A DNA stretch of 64,000 bases, taken from positions 66,944 to 130,943 of the forward strand of contig BJHM01000008.1 in the NCBI GenBank assembly GCA_014192625.1. The letters run 5' to 3'. The notes under the pieces were generated by a model. It was not told the origin of the DNA. It saw only the letters and a program-made list of their open reading frames with translations, and did not search any database. Shown in pieces: positions 19,773 through 29,883 of the stretch (its first letter is position 1; each line of letters begins with the position of its first letter). Source of the stretch: Planctomycetota bacterium. GTDB lineage: Bacteria; Planctomycetota; UBA1135; UBA2386. Position numbers and translations under genes: made by a program.

Positions 19773-20882
19773 TTATCGCCCTCCGCCGAGGAAAGCTTTG
19801 ATCGATGTCAGGATGCCGTCACGGTCGAGGATGTCGGAAGTGATGACTTTGGGATCGCTCCGAAACACCGCATCCAGGTCTTTCTTGAACTGTCCGCTGC
19901 CGTACGAGCTTTTGACCTGGCCATAACAGAACTGGTTCACGTCCGGCAGGATCGAACTCTTCAGCAGCTCGATGCATCGTTCGGTATCGCGCGAACTCCA
20001 GTTGTCGCCATCACTGAAATGGAACGGATATACGTTCCATTCGCCGGCCGGATATTTGTCGCGGATCTGCTGCTGACACAGTTCGTAGGCAGAACTGATC
20101 TTGGTTCCACCGCTCTCACGCAGGTGAAAAAACGTGTGCTGGTCGACGATGTGAGCTGCGGCATCGTGAACTATGTAGCAGACCTCGATATTTTGATATT
20201 GCTGACGAAGCCAGGTGTCGATCCAGAATGCTTGGATACGAACCATCTCTTTTTGCTCGCGCCCCATCGAGCCTGAGACATCCATCATGTAGATGATCGC
20301 AGCACTTGCTTGCGGCACTTCGCGCGGCTTTTCCGAGCGATAACGCATGTCTTCTCGCACCGGCAGAATGATCGGGTTGTCCTTGTCGTAAGTGCCGGAA
20401 GCAATTTGCCGCTTGAGGGCCTCAATAAACGTGCGGCGAAAGTGGCGCAGCGATTGTGGTCCCGAACGGGATATGCCAGTAAAGCGTCCTGCCGAGGCAC
20501 GGAGGTTTTTCCTGCCCCGCGGCTCGATGTTGGGAAGTTCCAGTTCTTCACCCAAGATCTTCGCAAGATCGGCGAGCGAGACATCCACTTCGAGCGTGTG
20601 CTTGCCTTCAGTTTCGCCAGCAGCACCACTACCCGGTCCTTGTTGCCCAGGAACTGGTTCGCCATTTGCGCCTTCGCCTTGGCCAACGCCATTCTTCTGG
20701 TTGTCGCCGAAACGAAACTTCGGCAGCGCAATCTGCGGCATTGGAATCGAGACGTATTTTTCGCCCTGTTTCCCGATCAACTCGCCAGACGAAATGAACT
20801 GCTTCAGATGCTGTTTGATCTGACCACGGACGATCTTGCGGAATCTAGTGTGATCCTGATCGATCCGCCGCACCTTGGACAC
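19773..20882 (-). CDS. yeaH: YeaH/YhbH (DUF444) family protein with a vWA-like MIDAS motif
   Basis: IYMMDVSGSM (DxSxS) and a DUF444-like N-terminus (RFRKIVRGQIKQHLKQFIS). GTG 20880-20882 sits immediately after the prkA stop at 20884-20886. The ORF-track ATG at 20912 would overlap prkA by 29 nt. Confidence 0.9.
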   Translation of the reverse strand: MSKVRRIDQDHTRFRKIVRGQIKQHLKQFISSGELIGKQGEKYVSIPMPQIALPKFRFGDNQKNGVGQGEGANGEPVPGQQGPGSGAAGETEGKHTLEVDVSLADLAKILGEELELPNIEPRGRKNLRASAGRFTGISRSGPQSLRHFRRTFIEALKRQIASGTYDKDNPIILPVREDMRYRSEKPREVPQASAAIIYMMDVSGSMGREQKEMVRIQAFWIDTWLRQQYQNIEVCYIVHDAAAHIVDQHTFFHLRESGGTKISSAYELCQQQIRDKYPAGEWNVYPFHFSDGDNWSSRDTERCIELLKSSILPDVNQFCYGQVKSSYGSGQFKKDLDAVFRSDPKVITSDILDRDGILTSIKAFLGGGR

Positions 20883-20883
20883 G

Positions 20884-22911
20884 TCATTCTCCCTTGGTGT
20901 CGCCGCGCGCAAAGATTGACGCGACGTAGTTTAGAACATCGGTAGCACTGATTTCGTCGTAGCCGAAATCGCGCATCAGCCGACCCTTGACCACTTCGAT
21001 CTTCTCTTGCGTGTCCTTGTCAACAACAGTGGAGACTAGGCTGGTCAGCTTGATCGAATCCTTCTGGTCCTCGAACAACTTCAACTCGAGCGCGCGATGC
21101 AGTCGCTCGTTGGTCTTGTAGTTGAAGGTCCGACCTTCGACCGCCAACGCGCCGATGTAGTTCATGATCTCACGACGGAAGTCGTCCTTGCGCGTCTCGG
21201 GGATGTTGATTTTGTCCTCGATGCTGCGCATCAGCCGTTCGTCAGGCTCCTCATCTTTGCCCGTGTAGGAATTGCGAACCTTCTCGCTCTGTGTGTAGGC
21301 CTTGACGTTGTCGATGTAATTGCCACACAGTCGGGCAATCGCCTCTTCATCCGCCGAGATTGCCCGCTGCACCTCGTTCTTGATGATCTCCTCGTATTCC
21401 TCACGCACGACCAGCAGCAGGTCCTTGTAGCGCTTCTTGGTTTCCGGATCCGAAATCAAGCTGTGATGATCGAGGCCTTCCTCAATCTCGTTGATCACCA
21501 TGAACGGATTGATGCACGGGATATCGCGCACCAAAACGTTGCTGATCTTGTCCTGAATGTAGCGCGGGCTTATGCCAGCAAGGCCTTCGTGGTGGGCCTC
21601 ATCACGAAGTTCTCGGATGTTGTCGCGGGTATAGCCAGGCAGAGTCTTGCCGTTGTAGAGCTTGAGCTTCTGCAACAGAGTGAGGTTTGCTTTTTTCGGA
21701 TCTTCGAGCCTTGTCAGGATCGCCCACATCGCCGCGATCTCAAGTGTATGCGGCGCGATCTGTTTGCCCGGCACCTGCTTTCGGCCGAAGTCTTTCTCGT
21801 AGATCTTGATCTCGTTCTGCAGCCTCAGGTTGTAGGGGATGTCGATCTTGATGGTGCGATCACGGAACGCCTCCATCAGCTCGTTGTTCTGCAACCGATT
21901 GTATTCTGGCTCGTTGGTGTGCCCGATGATGACCTCATCGATATCTGTCTGCGCAAACTTCTTCGGCTTGATCTTGTGCTCCTGACTTGCCGTCAAGAGG
22001 TCATAGAGAAACGCTACGTCGAGTTTTAGGACTTCGACAAACTCAATGATCCCGCGATTGGCGACGCAGAACTCGCCATCAAAATTGAACGCGCGCGGAT
22101 CGCTGTCAGAGCCTAGCTCTGCAATTCGCCGGTAATTGATGTCACCAGTAAGCTCGGTGCTGTCCTGGTTCTTCTCGTCCTTGGGCTGGAACGTGCCAAT
22201 GCCGCAACGATCCTTCTCCGAGATGATGAGTCGCTTCACCACCACGTGATCCAGCACCTTGGCAAGGTCCCCGTCGTAACGCTTCAGCAGCATCTCAAGG
22301 TAGAAGCGGGACACCGGCGAAAGATCAAAGTCCTGCCGCAGCTTGTAGAAGCTGCGGACCTTTTTCTGCATGTGGGAAAGTACCTTGTTGCGCACATCAC
22401 GCGGCAGCAACAACAGCGGCTCCTCATTCATCGGCGAAGGTACGATCTCGCCGTCTACCTGCCAAGCAAACGTGTAGAGCGCACCCTCAGCACTTCGCGA
22501 GTAGGCCTCGAGGCCCTTCTTCAGCAGGCGCACAATCGTCGACTTGCTGGAGCCAACCGGACCATGCAACAACAGAACACGCCGCTCAGGGCCAAAGCCA
22601 TGCGCCGCAGCTTTCAGCATCGCCATCAGGTTGTGCAGCGATCGCTCCAAACCAAACACGCCGTCGCGACCGTCCTCGATCGGGTCGGTGAAAAAGCGAT
22701 AGGACGGCACCTTTTCCTTGTCGACCTCAACCTCACTACAGCCATGGGTCAAAACCATGTCGTAGAGCCTTTGATGCGACGTGCGCAGCAAAAGCGGGTT
22801 CTGGCTCGCAAGGTCCAGATACTGCTGAAAGGTGCCTTGCCAGTGCTCGTCTTGGAATTGCTTGTTATCCAGGGACTGGCGGATGAGTGCGTGGAGGTCT
22901 AGCTCGCTCAT
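20884..22911 (-). CDS. prkA: PrkA/YeaG family serine protein kinase (AAA-type N-domain)
   Basis: ATG 22909-22911 ([14 protein letters not shown]). Walker [13 protein letters not shown]. Length and block order fit PrkA. Confidence 0.95.
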   Translation of the reverse strand: MSELDLHALIRQSLDNKQFQDEHWQGTFQQYLDLASQNPLLLRTSHQRLYDMVLTHGCSEVEVDKEKVPSYRFFTDPIEDGRDGVFGLERSLHNLMAMLKAAAHGFGPERRVLLLHGPVGSSKSTIVRLLKKGLEAYSRSAEGALYTFAWQVDGEIVPSPMNEEPLLLLPRDVRNKVLSHMQKKVRSFYKLRQDFDLSPVSRFYLEMLLKRYDGDLAKVLDHVVVKRLIISEKDRCGIGTFQPKDEKNQDSTELTGDINYRRIAELGSDSDPRAFNFDGEFCVANRGIIEFVEVLKLDVAFLYDLLTASQEHKIKPKKFAQTDIDEVIIGHTNEPEYNRLQNNELMEAFRDRTIKIDIPYNLRLQNEIKIYEKDFGRKQVPGKQIAPHTLEIAAMWAILTRLEDPKKANLTLLQKLKLYNGKTLPGYTRDNIRELRDEAHHEGLAGISPRYIQDKISNVLVRDIPCINPFMVINEIEEGLDHHSLISDPETKKRYKDLLLVVREEYEEIIKNEVQRAISADEEAIARLCGNYIDNVKAYTQSEKVRNSYTGKDEEPDERLMRSIEDKINIPETRKDDFRREIMNYIGALAVEGRTFNYKTNERLHRALELKLFEDQKDSIKLTSLVSTVVDKDTQEKIEVVKGRLMRDFGYDEISATDVLNYVASIFARGDTKGE

Positions 22912-23049
22912 GGGTCCTGCCGTTCGCCGATGCGCCGCACAAAAGTGCGACTGTGAAGCTGATATGTCGATCCTATCGGCCGGTTGCACAAGAACTCTGA
23001 ACTCATCTGTTACGGACTTTCCGTGGCGGGCTCGCTAGGCTGTGCCGCC

Positions 23050-24066
23050 ATGGATTCTTGCACTGCTCTAAAGCACTCGTCGCGCTCGCTAATCCTCGTT
23101 TGTTTACCGCTTTTTTTACTCGCGAGCTGCGGTCATAAAGGCCCGGTCGACGGTGCGGCGGCCATGCGACACGTCGAGGCTCTCGTTGCCATCGGCCCAC
23201 GCCCCTATGGCTCTGCAGCGTTGGGCAGAGCAGCCGACTACATCTGCAATGAGGTGAAAGGGCTGCAGCTTACACCCAAGCGCCATGAAGTGATGGATGA
23301 GAAGGAGCACAAGCTCATCCGCAATCTGTATACCCAGATCGACGGCGAAGATCCGATCAACGGCCCCATCCTGATGATTGGTGCCCACTACGACACCAAA
23401 CTAACCGAAGGGCACAAAGATGCCGGGCACAACTTCCCGTTCGTTGGCGCGATCGACGGCGGCGGCGCGCCAGCTACCCTGATCGAGATCGGTCGCGCGA
23501 TCAAGAATCGCAAAGAGAAACTAACGGTCAACGTCTGGCTCTACTGGATCGATGCGGAGGAATCGATCGACTTCCAGTGGAACAAACAACGTTCCCTGAT
23601 CGGCAGCAAGGCGTTCTGCAAATGGCTCGTGGACAGCAAGGTAAAACAACGCGTCAGAGCGTTTGTGCTGCTCGACCTGATCGGCGACAGGAATATCAAG
23701 ATCGACTACGACGGAAACTCACACAAAGATCTGCAAGAGATCATCCGCGCCGCAGGCAAAGCGATCGGCGAATCAGATCGCGTCTACAAGTATTCTTCCG
23801 CCACCACCGACGACCACGAGGTGTTCCGCGACTATGCCATCCCATCGGTGCTGCTGATCGACTTCTTGCACCGGGTGCCATTTGACCGCCTGAAGGAAAT
23901 GGATCCAAAGGCCGAGGAGCAGGACCCACAGGGCTACGCGCAGTGGTGGCACACGCCTTTTGACACGATCGACAAAATGTCTGCTTCGAGCCTAGCACTT
24001 GCCGGCAACTTGGTCATGCAAGCGTTGCCCGACCTACAAAAGTTCATCCTTCAAGCAAAGCGCTGA
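23050..24066 (+). CDS. M28-family zinc peptidase / glutaminyl-cyclase-like lipoprotein (paralog 1)
   Basis: ATG 23050 gives a signal peptide with lipobox LLASC. Motifs GAHYDTK, GAIDGGGAPATL, WIDAEE. Confidence 0.75.
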   Translation: MDSCTALKHSSRSLILVCLPLFLLASCGHKGPVDGAAAMRHVEALVAIGPRPYGSAALGRAADYICNEVKGLQLTPKRHEVMDEKEHKLIRNLYTQIDGEDPINGPILMIGAHYDTKLTEGHKDAGHNFPFVGAIDGGGAPATLIEIGRAIKNRKEKLTVNVWLYWIDAEESIDFQWNKQRSLIGSKAFCKWLVDSKVKQRVRAFVLLDLIGDRNIKIDYDGNSHKDLQEIIRAAGKAIGESDRVYKYSSATTDDHEVFRDYAIPSVLLIDFLHRVPFDRLKEMDPKAEEQDPQGYAQWWHTPFDTIDKMSASSLALAGNLVMQALPDLQKFILQAKR

Positions 24067-24074
24067 CCGGTCGC

Positions 24075-25112
24075 ATGCGAAGCACCAGCCTGATTTTTGG
24101 CGCGATCGCCGTTCTTGCTGCGTGTTTTGGCGCGAGCTTGAAGAGCCGTTCTGGCGATCCTGCGAACGCGAACTACCTGCAAAAGCAGGATGCCGAAACG
24201 CCGATCGACCAGAAGAAATTGGTGGTTCTCGAGGCGGTGCGCGCGCCACAGGACCTCGGCGAACGGGCGATGGCGCACGCGAGAACGCTGGTCAACTTGG
24301 GGCCGCGGCACAGTGGCGCAGTGCCGACCGAAGGCTATAGCAAGCAACTCGACTTCATCACAGCGGAGCTCAAGCGTTCCGGGGTTAACGCCGTGCGAGA
24401 TACTTGGACCGACCGTCGCGAGTTGGTCACGTTTACCAACATCAGCGCTGTGATCCCTGGCAAGCGCAGCGAACGGATCGTGTTTTCATGTCATCACGAC
24501 ACGAAGTGCGCAAAGGGCCATAAGGACACCGAACACAACTTTGCGTTCGCCGGTGCCAATGACGGTGCCAGCGGCGTTGCGCTGCTACTCGCGCTCGCGC
24601 CAGTGCTGGTGCAAGGGAAGCATGACGCCACCATCGAATTACTGTTCTTCGACGGCGAAGAAAGTATGGATTGGGATTGGAACAACGCCGCGCGCGCGCT
24701 GTTCGGCAGCAAGCACTTCGTCGAGCAACATCGCGACGCAGAGTTGAAGAGTGGCGCACCTAAAATCGCGGCGATGCTGCTACTCGACATGGTTGGTCGC
24801 AAAGACCTGCATATTCAGGAGGAGCTGTATTCCACTGCTCGACTGCGCACGCTGGTCTTTTCTGCCGCGCACTCATGCGGCCACGCGACGCATTTTTTTC
24901 GCGGAGCAGAGGCTGCCAGTGATGATCACCGGCCGTTTCTTGATGTCGGGATTCCCTCGATCGACTTGATCGACCTCAAGGATAACCCTCACTGGCACAA
25001 GCCAACCGACACGATTGACAACCTATCTGCTGTAAGCCTGCAGATCGTGGCGGATGTGGTGCTTACCGCGCTTCCCGCCATCGAGCGCGAGTATCTACTC
25101 GATCCGCGCTAA
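24075..25112 (+). CDS. M28-family zinc peptidase / glutaminyl-cyclase-like lipoprotein (paralog 2)
   Basis: Signal peptide with AVLAAC. Motifs CHHDTK, GANDGASGVALLLAL, FFDGEE, HWHKPTD. Confidence 0.8.
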   Translation: MRSTSLIFGAIAVLAACFGASLKSRSGDPANANYLQKQDAETPIDQKKLVVLEAVRAPQDLGERAMAHARTLVNLGPRHSGAVPTEGYSKQLDFITAELKRSGVNAVRDTWTDRRELVTFTNISAVIPGKRSERIVFSCHHDTKCAKGHKDTEHNFAFAGANDGASGVALLLALAPVLVQGKHDATIELLFFDGEESMDWDWNNAARALFGSKHFVEQHRDAELKSGAPKIAAMLLLDMVGRKDLHIQEELYSTARLRTLVFSAAHSCGHATHFFRGAEAASDDHRPFLDVGIPSIDLIDLKDNPHWHKPTDTIDNLSAVSLQIVADVVLTALPAIEREYLLDPR

Positions 25113-25906
25113 TGCCTGAGATCGCACGCGATGACCGGGTGATTCATTACACCTGTGCGGGTTTTGGGCCAGGCGTTTTGCTGGTGCCAGGGATTGGTTC
25201 TGGTGCGCGGCTGTTTGGCACCCTGCCGCGACGATTCGCGCGCGACGGCTTTACCTGCGCAGCCATTAACCCAGTTGGATTGCCACCATCGAGCCCGCAG
25301 CTTTCTAAACCCTACGACTTCGACGCTGCGGCCAAAGATGTGCTCGCTGTCGCGGCACAGTTGCCGTCGCCAGTCTCACTGGTCGGCACATCCCTCGGCG
25401 GCAAAGTTGCGTTGCTCGCAGCAGCACAGGGCGGCGCAGCCATAGCGACACTCGTGATGCTATGCAGCACAGCACTACAAACAGAGCGGTCCCGCCGCGT
25501 CCACCGCATGTTCTTACAACTCAGCGCAACTGCGGACCCGAACATCCTCGGTGAATGCTTGGCGCCATTCCTGTTCGGCGCTTCCTTTCATGCTGCTCGA
25601 CCGATGGTCGTCAACAGCCTGATCCGGGCGATGCAACCGACGCAGGAGACGCGGCAACTGATGCACGCCCAGGCCCTAGCAATGGCATCTTTCGATGGCA
25701 CGATGGCCGCACGCGGTTGCGCGGTGCAGACCCTTTGTTTAGCGGGCGCTGAAGACACCATTACTCTGCCTGACGAAGTTGTCGCCACGGCAGCATTGCT
25801 GCCACAAGCGCGATACAAGATCCTCGAACGCGCAGGTCATAGCCTGCTACTTGAAAGCCCGCAGGCTTACAAAGAAATCGTCGACTTCCTGCGCTGCAAC
25901 CAGTGA
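25112..25906 (+). CDS. alpha/beta hydrolase fold protein
   Basis: Nucleophile elbow GTSLGG, N-terminal oxyanion-like LLVPGIGSG, C-terminal AGHSLLLE. The start overlaps the upstream stop (TAATG at 25110-25114). Confidence 0.75.
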   Translation: MPEIARDDRVIHYTCAGFGPGVLLVPGIGSGARLFGTLPRRFARDGFTCAAINPVGLPPSSPQLSKPYDFDAAAKDVLAVAAQLPSPVSLVGTSLGGKVALLAAAQGGAAIATLVMLCSTALQTERSRRVHRMFLQLSATADPNILGECLAPFLFGASFHAARPMVVNSLIRAMQPTQETRQLMHAQALAMASFDGTMAARGCAVQTLCLAGAEDTITLPDEVVATAALLPQARYKILERAGHSLLLESPQAYKEIVDFLRCNQ

Positions 25907-25909
25907 CGC

Positions 25910-28450
25910 TTAGTGACCGCTGGACAAGATCACGATTCCATTAGCGGGCACCGTGATGGAGAACGTGCGTTGCTCAGAGTCAAGTACGGTGTAAGCGGCA
26001 GCAGGCACGCCAGACAGCCGCCATCCATCCGCAGCGGTTACCAGACGAAACTGCACCGGCAGGGGACTACGCCCCGGAACAACGGCAGGCTGTAAACGCA
26101 GCATTAGCCGGCCGTCGGCCGGTCGCAGGGGCGGTGCGATTTCAATTTGGCCACCGGCGACGAGCATGAGTGGCAGAATGCGTCCGCCCACCATCACCGA
26201 CTCTGTAGCAGCTCGCGCAATGGCTCCATCTGGGCCGATCGCCAAAAACTCCTGCTCCCCCGGCAGCAGGCTTACGCGCACTGGCACGCTGTCCTGGATG
26301 CCAATGAAGCGCACGCTAGGACCATTGGCCGAGTCATTTTTTAGAGCGAACAACTCCACGTTGGCAACAAGTCGATTGCTGCCCCGGTCGATCACCAGCA
26401 ACTCTGGCGAAGTGATAGGAGTCGCAATAATTTCTTGGTAGCGGGACTCTGAGGACAACAGCACCGAGGTGCCCAAGAGGCTGCTCAGCGGACGGAACAC
26501 CGTCGCCATTTCGCGCGGCAGTTCGCTGGCATAGTTGAATATCAACGGATCCGCCTCACTGGCCGCCAGCAGGCGAATCGTCGGCTGGACCGGAGTGCCG
26601 CCGCGCAACCACAAGCGACCATTGCCCACCGACAATTCGGCTATGCGCCCCATTGAATCGGTCCCAATGCTGAGACGACGAGCACCGCAACCGCCCGGCA
26701 TCCCCGACAGTTCTTCGTAGATCTCGCAATTGCTATTGGCAGGCAAGTTCTGCAGGCCGATCCGGCGCTGACTGGCAAGGCGAACTTGCAGCCCCGTGAA
26801 GGCCTGCACTACTTGCGCGTCACCTGGCAATGGCACGAATGCGACTTGGTGCAGTTCATCGAATACGATGAGACACAGTGACTGATGCTGCTGAAGTTTG
26901 CTTGGTAGTCCGCGCAGTTCGAAATGACCGAACTGATCCGTCTGAATTGCCATGTTCAGCAGGGCTTGAATATGACCAGAAAGATTGTCGTAGAGGCACG
27001 GAACTAGACTCACGCTTACGAGTGCCCTGCCCTCAGCATCGACGACCTGCCCACTGGCCAACGCCGCAGGGTTAAAACTCACGGCGTCATTCAGGATGTG
27101 AGTTGATAATCCAGGATGCAAACGAACGGCATGCGGCACAACCAAGCCGAGGTCCTCGCGGCCCGTTGGCGGCCTTGCTTGGATGATGACCCAATCGCCC
27201 TTCAGGCCGCTACGTGCACCGAGTGCAAACAGCCCCGCTTCGTCGGTGGTCAAGTTTGCTTGACGTTTGCCACTTTCACCTAGGTAATCGACGATCAGAC
27301 TTGCCAATGGCAGCGGGGGAGAACCCACGCTTTGAATGACTGCATAGCCAACCAAGTCTGGCGCCGCTGCTGGCACTGGGTTTGGTGCCGGCTCCCCGGT
27401 GCGCGCCGCTCCTAATGTTGACCCAGACGATGCAATTGATTCGACGGTCCCACTGGCAAAACCACGGTAACTACCGACTTGCCCCATCGTCACCACGGTG
27501 TCTGGCATCCACAAACTACTGTCGCGCACGATAACCGCCGCTTCACCGGCGATGACTTCCACTTGCACCGCAGTGTCGAAAGCACCTGCGCGCAACGCGT
27601 AATCGACCGAACGTTCGGTCCATAAGTCTAAGTTATACACGCCGCTTCCGAGCAATACTCGCGAACCGTCGATGAAGCTCACGGAGAGTGCCCGCTGCGA
27701 ATGCAATTCCATCGAGCCATAGACCAGCAGAGGCATCCCACCCTGCATCTTCACTTCGCTGTGGCTGAGGACGGTCACCTGTGCTACTGGTTGTTCCAGA
27801 TTTCTGCTGCTGTCTAGGAAGTCAAAGACCGCTTTGCCATTCCGGACAATGATCCACGGGCTTTCGCCAAGTCCCTGCCCTTCTTCCAAGTCGACGATGC
27901 GATCCCCATCGTAGTAAAACGAATTCGTCGATTGCGCCACTGACCAGCGGGCGGCACTGGGCCCGATGCCAAACAGCGAACCAGTTTGCCTCTGAACAAG
28001 GATCAAGCCGCAAACGACCAGTAAAACGGCCAACGCGCAATACATCGCGTTGCGCGCCAAGTAGCTGTTCAATCGGCTTGCAGTAAAAAAGCTATGCCCC
28101 GCAGGCTTGGGACCCGAGACGGTCAAAGCAGCATCACCTCTGAGAGCCAGTTCCTGCGTCAATCGCAACATTGTGCGATGGGCAAACCCTGCCATGGGAA
28201 AAGTCGCACTATCCAGTGCAAAGGCGCTATGTAATTGCTTGCTAAAAAACTCTTTGCGACCAAGAGCAAGCGCGCAGGTGCTGCACTCATGGACATGCAG
28301 AGTCACTTCGGCCACAAGCAGTTCCGACAACTCGCCATCCACGTAGTCGCGAAGCATTGCGCGCACCTTGGCGCACTCGGGATTGGTCGGCGGATACCGG
28401 GTCAAATCCGCCGAATCGGGCGGTTCTTGCCATGGCGTTGTGCCGGTCAT
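25910..28450 (-). CDS. membrane anti-sigma factor (zf-HC2) with very large extracytoplasmic domain
   Basis: ATG 28448-28450 overlaps the sigma gene stop (ATGA). HVHECSTCALAL fits H-x3-C-x2-C. One TM segment (AMYCALAVLLVVCGLILV). About 650 extracytoplasmic residues with beta-rich, carboxypeptidase-regulatory-like stretches (GQVVDAEGRALVSVSLV). Confidence 0.75.
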   Translation of the reverse strand: MTGTTPWQEPPDSADLTRYPPTNPECAKVRAMLRDYVDGELSELLVAEVTLHVHECSTCALALGRKEFFSKQLHSAFALDSATFPMAGFAHRTMLRLTQELALRGDAALTVSGPKPAGHSFFTASRLNSYLARNAMYCALAVLLVVCGLILVQRQTGSLFGIGPSAARWSVAQSTNSFYYDGDRIVDLEEGQGLGESPWIIVRNGKAVFDFLDSSRNLEQPVAQVTVLSHSEVKMQGGMPLLVYGSMELHSQRALSVSFIDGSRVLLGSGVYNLDLWTERSVDYALRAGAFDTAVQVEVIAGEAAVIVRDSSLWMPDTVVTMGQVGSYRGFASGTVESIASSGSTLGAARTGEPAPNPVPAAAPDLVGYAVIQSVGSPPLPLASLIVDYLGESGKRQANLTTDEAGLFALGARSGLKGDWVIIQARPPTGREDLGLVVPHAVRLHPGLSTHILNDAVSFNPAALASGQVVDAEGRALVSVSLVPCLYDNLSGHIQALLNMAIQTDQFGHFELRGLPSKLQQHQSLCLIVFDELHQVAFVPLPGDAQVVQAFTGLQVRLASQRRIGLQNLPANSNCEIYEELSGMPGGCGARRLSIGTDSMGRIAELSVGNGRLWLRGGTPVQPTIRLLAASEADPLIFNYASELPREMATVFRPLSSLLGTSVLLSSESRYQEIIATPITSPELLVIDRGSNRLVANVELFALKNDSANGPSVRFIGIQDSVPVRVSLLPGEQEFLAIGPDGAIARAATESVMVGGRILPLMLVAGGQIEIAPPLRPADGRLMLRLQPAVVPGRSPLPVQFRLVTAADGWRLSGVPAAAYTVLDSEQRTFSITVPANGIVILSSGH

Positions 28451-29001
28451 GTGCCTGTCAGCCTTTGCAGGCGATGCTGAAGCAGATCCGTTGCCCGAGC
28501 GATTTGAACCTTCACACTGCTGACCGAGATCCCCAAAACAAGAGCGATCTGAGCGTGACACATGCCGCGCAGATATTTTAGTTCCATCGGCAACCTCAGC
28601 TTGGCATTCATATGAGCTAACTCATTATGAATAATATTGATATGGTTATGACTCGGATTTTCAACCGAACGTTCATCCGAGACCTGTTCGATCAAGCCCT
28701 CGGCCGCATTGTCAGTGACACCCAGCTTTGCTTCGACATGCACGCGACGTCGGCGGTCGCGGCAAACATTGCCAGCAATTTGCAGGAGCCAAGGCTCTAG
28801 TTTACGACTGACATCAAACTGGTCGCGAGCACGAAACAGCTTCAGGAACGTATCCTGTGCCGCTTCTTCTGCGTCTTCGGGACGACGCAAAATGCTCATT
28901 GCAAGTCCATAAACCATAAACTGATATCGCTTGACCAGGCTCTCAAATGCAAGCAGATCCCCTGCTTGAATTCGGACCATCAATTCGTTTTCTTCGCGCA
29001 T
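28447..29001 (-). CDS. ECF-type RNA polymerase sigma-70 family factor
   Basis: 184 aa. Region 2 (FESLVKRYQFMVYGLAMSIL, EDAEEAAQDTFLKLF, PWLLQIAGNVCRDRRR) and a region 4 HTH (MCHAQIALVLGISVSSVKVQIARA). Confidence 0.9.
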   Translation of the reverse strand: MREENELMVRIQAGDLLAFESLVKRYQFMVYGLAMSILRRPEDAEEAAQDTFLKLFRARDQFDVSRKLEPWLLQIAGNVCRDRRRRVHVEAKLGVTDNAAEGLIEQVSDERSVENPSHNHINIIHNELAHMNAKLRLPMELKYLRGMCHAQIALVLGISVSSVKVQIARATDLLQHRLQRLTGT

Positions 29002-29179
29002 AAAATTGATGAGGAAAACCTGTCATAAGTGTCTTTGCCACATTGGCTGCAAAGCCACCTAGGACTAACGATTGCCGTTCTTTTCTATGTGCCAAACAAA
29101 TAATAACAACAACCCAGCAAGGAAATATTACTGCACTTTCCAGAAATGGTGCCGACAAGCCGATCCTAACTGCACCCCC

Positions 29180-29758
29180 ATGGCCAAGATCCCTGACAAG
29201 CAAGGTGTGTTTTTTGAACTCGATGGCGTGCTGGTCCAAAGCCCGGACCTGAACCCATCTGGTGACATCGAGTTTTTACCGGGCAGCCTCGAAGCCCTCG
29301 GTCGCATCGACCCTCGACGCTTCCGGATGTTTATTGCGACCAGCCGGCACGACATCGCTTTTGGCCAGCGGCGTGAACGCGACTTCACCCAATTCTGCGA
29401 GCGCTTTCTGGTGCGCATGCAGGCCGAAAGTATTCCGATCACAAAAATCTACTCCTGCCCCTACCACCCAAAGGGCAAGGGCCGTTTCCGCCGCGAATCG
29501 GTGTTCCGTAAACCCGGACCTGGCATTTTCAAGATGGCCCAGCAGGAGTTCGATCTCAACCTGCACCGCTGCTGGATGATCGGTCACACGACAGCAGACA
29601 TCCTTTCTGGTCAGCGCGCCGAGGTTGGCACCATCTTGGTGCGGACCGGCAAGGGCGGCTTGGACGATGAATACACGATCGATCCAAACTTCACCGAAGA
29701 CGACTTCAGCCAAGCCATTGACCGCGTCAATCAGTTTGAGCACGCGCTGCGCGTCTAG
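29180..29758 (+). CDS. HAD-IIIA (GmhB-like) hydrolase homolog with substituted catalytic residues
   Basis: ATG 29180. Motifs FFELDGVLV, ATS, CPYHP, RKPGPG, MIGHTTAD, ILVRTGKGG follow GmhB order. The motif I nucleophile position reads E and the first Asp of motif IV reads H. Confidence 0.65.
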   Translation: MAKIPDKQGVFFELDGVLVQSPDLNPSGDIEFLPGSLEALGRIDPRRFRMFIATSRHDIAFGQRRERDFTQFCERFLVRMQAESIPITKIYSCPYHPKGKGRFRRESVFRKPGPGIFKMAQQEFDLNLHRCWMIGHTTADILSGQRAEVGTILVRTGKGGLDDEYTIDPNFTEDDFSQAIDRVNQFEHALRV

Positions 29759-29785
29759 CTGCGCAACAAAAATCAGCTTACCACC

Positions 29786-29820
29786 CGCCGCACAAGTGGC
29801 AGCAACGACTCCGTGCGGCG
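29786..29820. terminator. perfect 8-bp inverted repeat (CGCCGCAC ... GTGCGGCG, 19-nt loop) between convergent genes
   Basis: Read directly from the sequence. It lies in the 125-nt gap between the HAD gene stop (29758) and the comF stop (29884). There is no adjacent T-run, so terminator function is uncertain. Confidence 0.3.
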
Positions 29821-29883
29821 ACATACTCGATGATCTTAACCTGCGGTTCGTGAGCGAAGGGTGACCCTCGTTTTGCATGGCGG

